A model generated the notes under the pieces. The model was given only the letters and a program-made list of their open reading frames with translations. It was not told the origin of the DNA and did not search any database. Of a stretch of DNA of 64,000 bases, positions 62,912 through 64,000 are shown in pieces; the stretch's first letter is position 1, and the number at the start of each line of letters is the position of its first letter. The stretch is from assembly GCF_050920415.1 (NCBI RefSeq), contig NZ_CP169309.1, one strand, 5' to 3'. Origin of the DNA: Escherichia coli. GTDB lineage: Bacteria; Pseudomonadota; Gammaproteobacteria; Enterobacterales; Enterobacteriaceae. Position numbers and translations under genes: made by a program.

Positions 62912-64000
62912 TGCCAGTCGTACCAACAGTATCCGGACGTCAGGTTGAGAGCCGTGGAGTTCAGTCAGCAGGCTTGCAGACGTTTTCTCAGCCAGGTATT
63001 GGTGATGCTTTTGTTCGGGCAGGGGCAGAGACAATTGATGTTTTTGGTCAGGCAAAACAGCGTGCCAATATCGCTCTGGCTCAGGAGGCATCCCTTAAAC
63101 TCAGTCAGACAGGCAGCGATCTGCTGAATAACCCTGAAACAGGTTTGCTTAACCTGAAAGGGAAAAATGCTATTGGAAAAGGTCAGGAGTATACGCAGCA
63201 GTTTGATGCTCAGATCGAACAACTGGCTATGTCGCTGCCGGATGAACAGGCTCGTAATGCTTTCATGCAGCAGGCGCAGCAGCAGCGTATTCAGTTCACT
63301 ACGCAGGCCGGGCGGCACGAGATAGGGCAAATAAATGCCTACGAAGAAGGTCAGTTTCAGGCGACGCTGCTGAACAATGGTAAAAATGCCGCAGCATTGT
63401 ATGGCGACAATGCCGCATACGTATTGGCTAATAAGCAAACTTTCCAGCAAATTGAGGAGTACGGTGCTGCACATGGCTGGAGCGACGAGCAAATACAGGC
63501 CAAGAAAATCGAGTTTAAAGAGAAGGTTGCTGATGCAGCATTGTCCCAGTGGTCGGCAAACAATGCGATCTCATTTATCCAAAGTAATGGCGAGTTAAGC
63601 GATACTGCTGCTGGAGCTCGCCGTGCTGTAGCAGATAGTGACTCTTCCGAGCGTGCCCGTGGCATACGCAACAATAACCCAGGAAATCTCGAATACAGCA
63701 AAACTAATCCGTGGGTAGGCCAGACCGGTGATGATGGTCGATTTGCTAAATTCGAAACACCTGAACACGGGATTCGTGCATTAGGGCGGAACCTGATGTC
63801 GTATCAGAGGCAGGGTATTGATACCGTCAGCGAGATAATTAATCGCTGGGCACCGCCTACTGATAAAAATGACACTATGTCGTATATCAAAGCAGTGTGC
63901 GAACAACTTGGCGTTTCTGCTGATGAGCCTCTCGATGCATCTAATCCTGATACCCTGAAGGCGCTTTGTGCAGCCATTATCCATCATGAGAACGGTAGCC
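62911..64000 (+). CDS. Large virion-associated protein, N-terminal 363 aa only (continues beyond window); contains GIRNNNPGNLEY motif
   Basis: Frame-1 reading frame open from ATG 62911 (taATG overlap) to window end with no stop; not in ORF track because it is unterminated. Confidence 0.5.
   Translation, partial: MPVVPTVSGRQVESRGVQSAGLQTFSQPGIGDAFVRAGAETIDVFGQAKQRANIALAQEASLKLSQTGSDLLNNPETGLLNLKGKNAIGKGQEYTQQFDAQIEQLAMSLPDEQARNAFMQQAQQQRIQFTTQAGRHEIGQINAYEEGQFQATLLNNGKNAAALYGDNAAYVLANKQTFQQIEEYGAAHGWSDEQIQAKKIEFKEKVADAALSQWSANNAISFIQSNGELSDTAAGARRAVADSDSSERARGIRNNNPGNLEYSKTNPWVGQTGDDGRFAKFETPEHGIRALGRNLMSYQRQGIDTVSEIINRWAPPTDKNDTMSYIKAVCEQLGVSADEPLDASNPDTLKALCAAIIHHENGS

Larger units (their letters stand above)
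38141..64000. mobile_element. Prophage (left end and at least 26 kb; right end beyond window), temperate podovirus-like, integrated immediately downstream of guaA
   Basis: Integrase next to the guaA terminator followed by exclusively phage-type genes (RecT, CI/Cro, O/P, terminase, portal, capsid, tail); resemblance to epsilon15/PhiV10 is from memory. Confidence 0.85.

Overview
Enterobacterial (E. coli-like) chromosome in three parts. (1) 1-21725: conserved core genes on the + strand, hscA(3' end)-fdx-iscX-pepB-sseB, sseA on the - strand, then yfhM-pbpC-ndk-rlmN-rodZ-ispG-hisS-yfgM-bamB-der-yfgJ, all recognised from the supplied translations. (2) 21726-33419: an accessory adhesin island between yfgJ and xseA with an AT-rich leader, an intimin/invasin-type outer-membrane protein (SinH-like), a small secreted paralog (SinI-like) and a giant RatA-like repeat protein of about 2,700 aa whose reading frame is broken by one extra copy of a 10-bp tandem unit; xseA, guaB and guaA follow. 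(3) 38140-64000: a prophage directly downstream of the guaA terminator, running off the window end. It has an integrase, a leftward early operon (small ORFs, PD-(D/E)XK exonuclease, RecT, AlpA, PerC-like regulator, MT-A70 methyltransferase), a CI-like/Cro-like divergent switch, lambda-like O/P replication genes with in-gene iterons, accessory genes of unknown function, terminase, an argU-like tRNA-Arg(UCU), portal, capsid and tail genes. Gene order and guaA-adjacent integration resemble epsilon15/PhiV10-type temperate podoviruses (from memory, not verified). No clearly novel defence system could be demonstrated. The most distinctive sequence-level signal is a 15-bp palindrome TTACCT-N3-AGGTAA found nine times, only in prophage intergenic regions. 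No CRISPR array, rRNA or IS element was seen. All homology statements are from reading the translations, not database searches.
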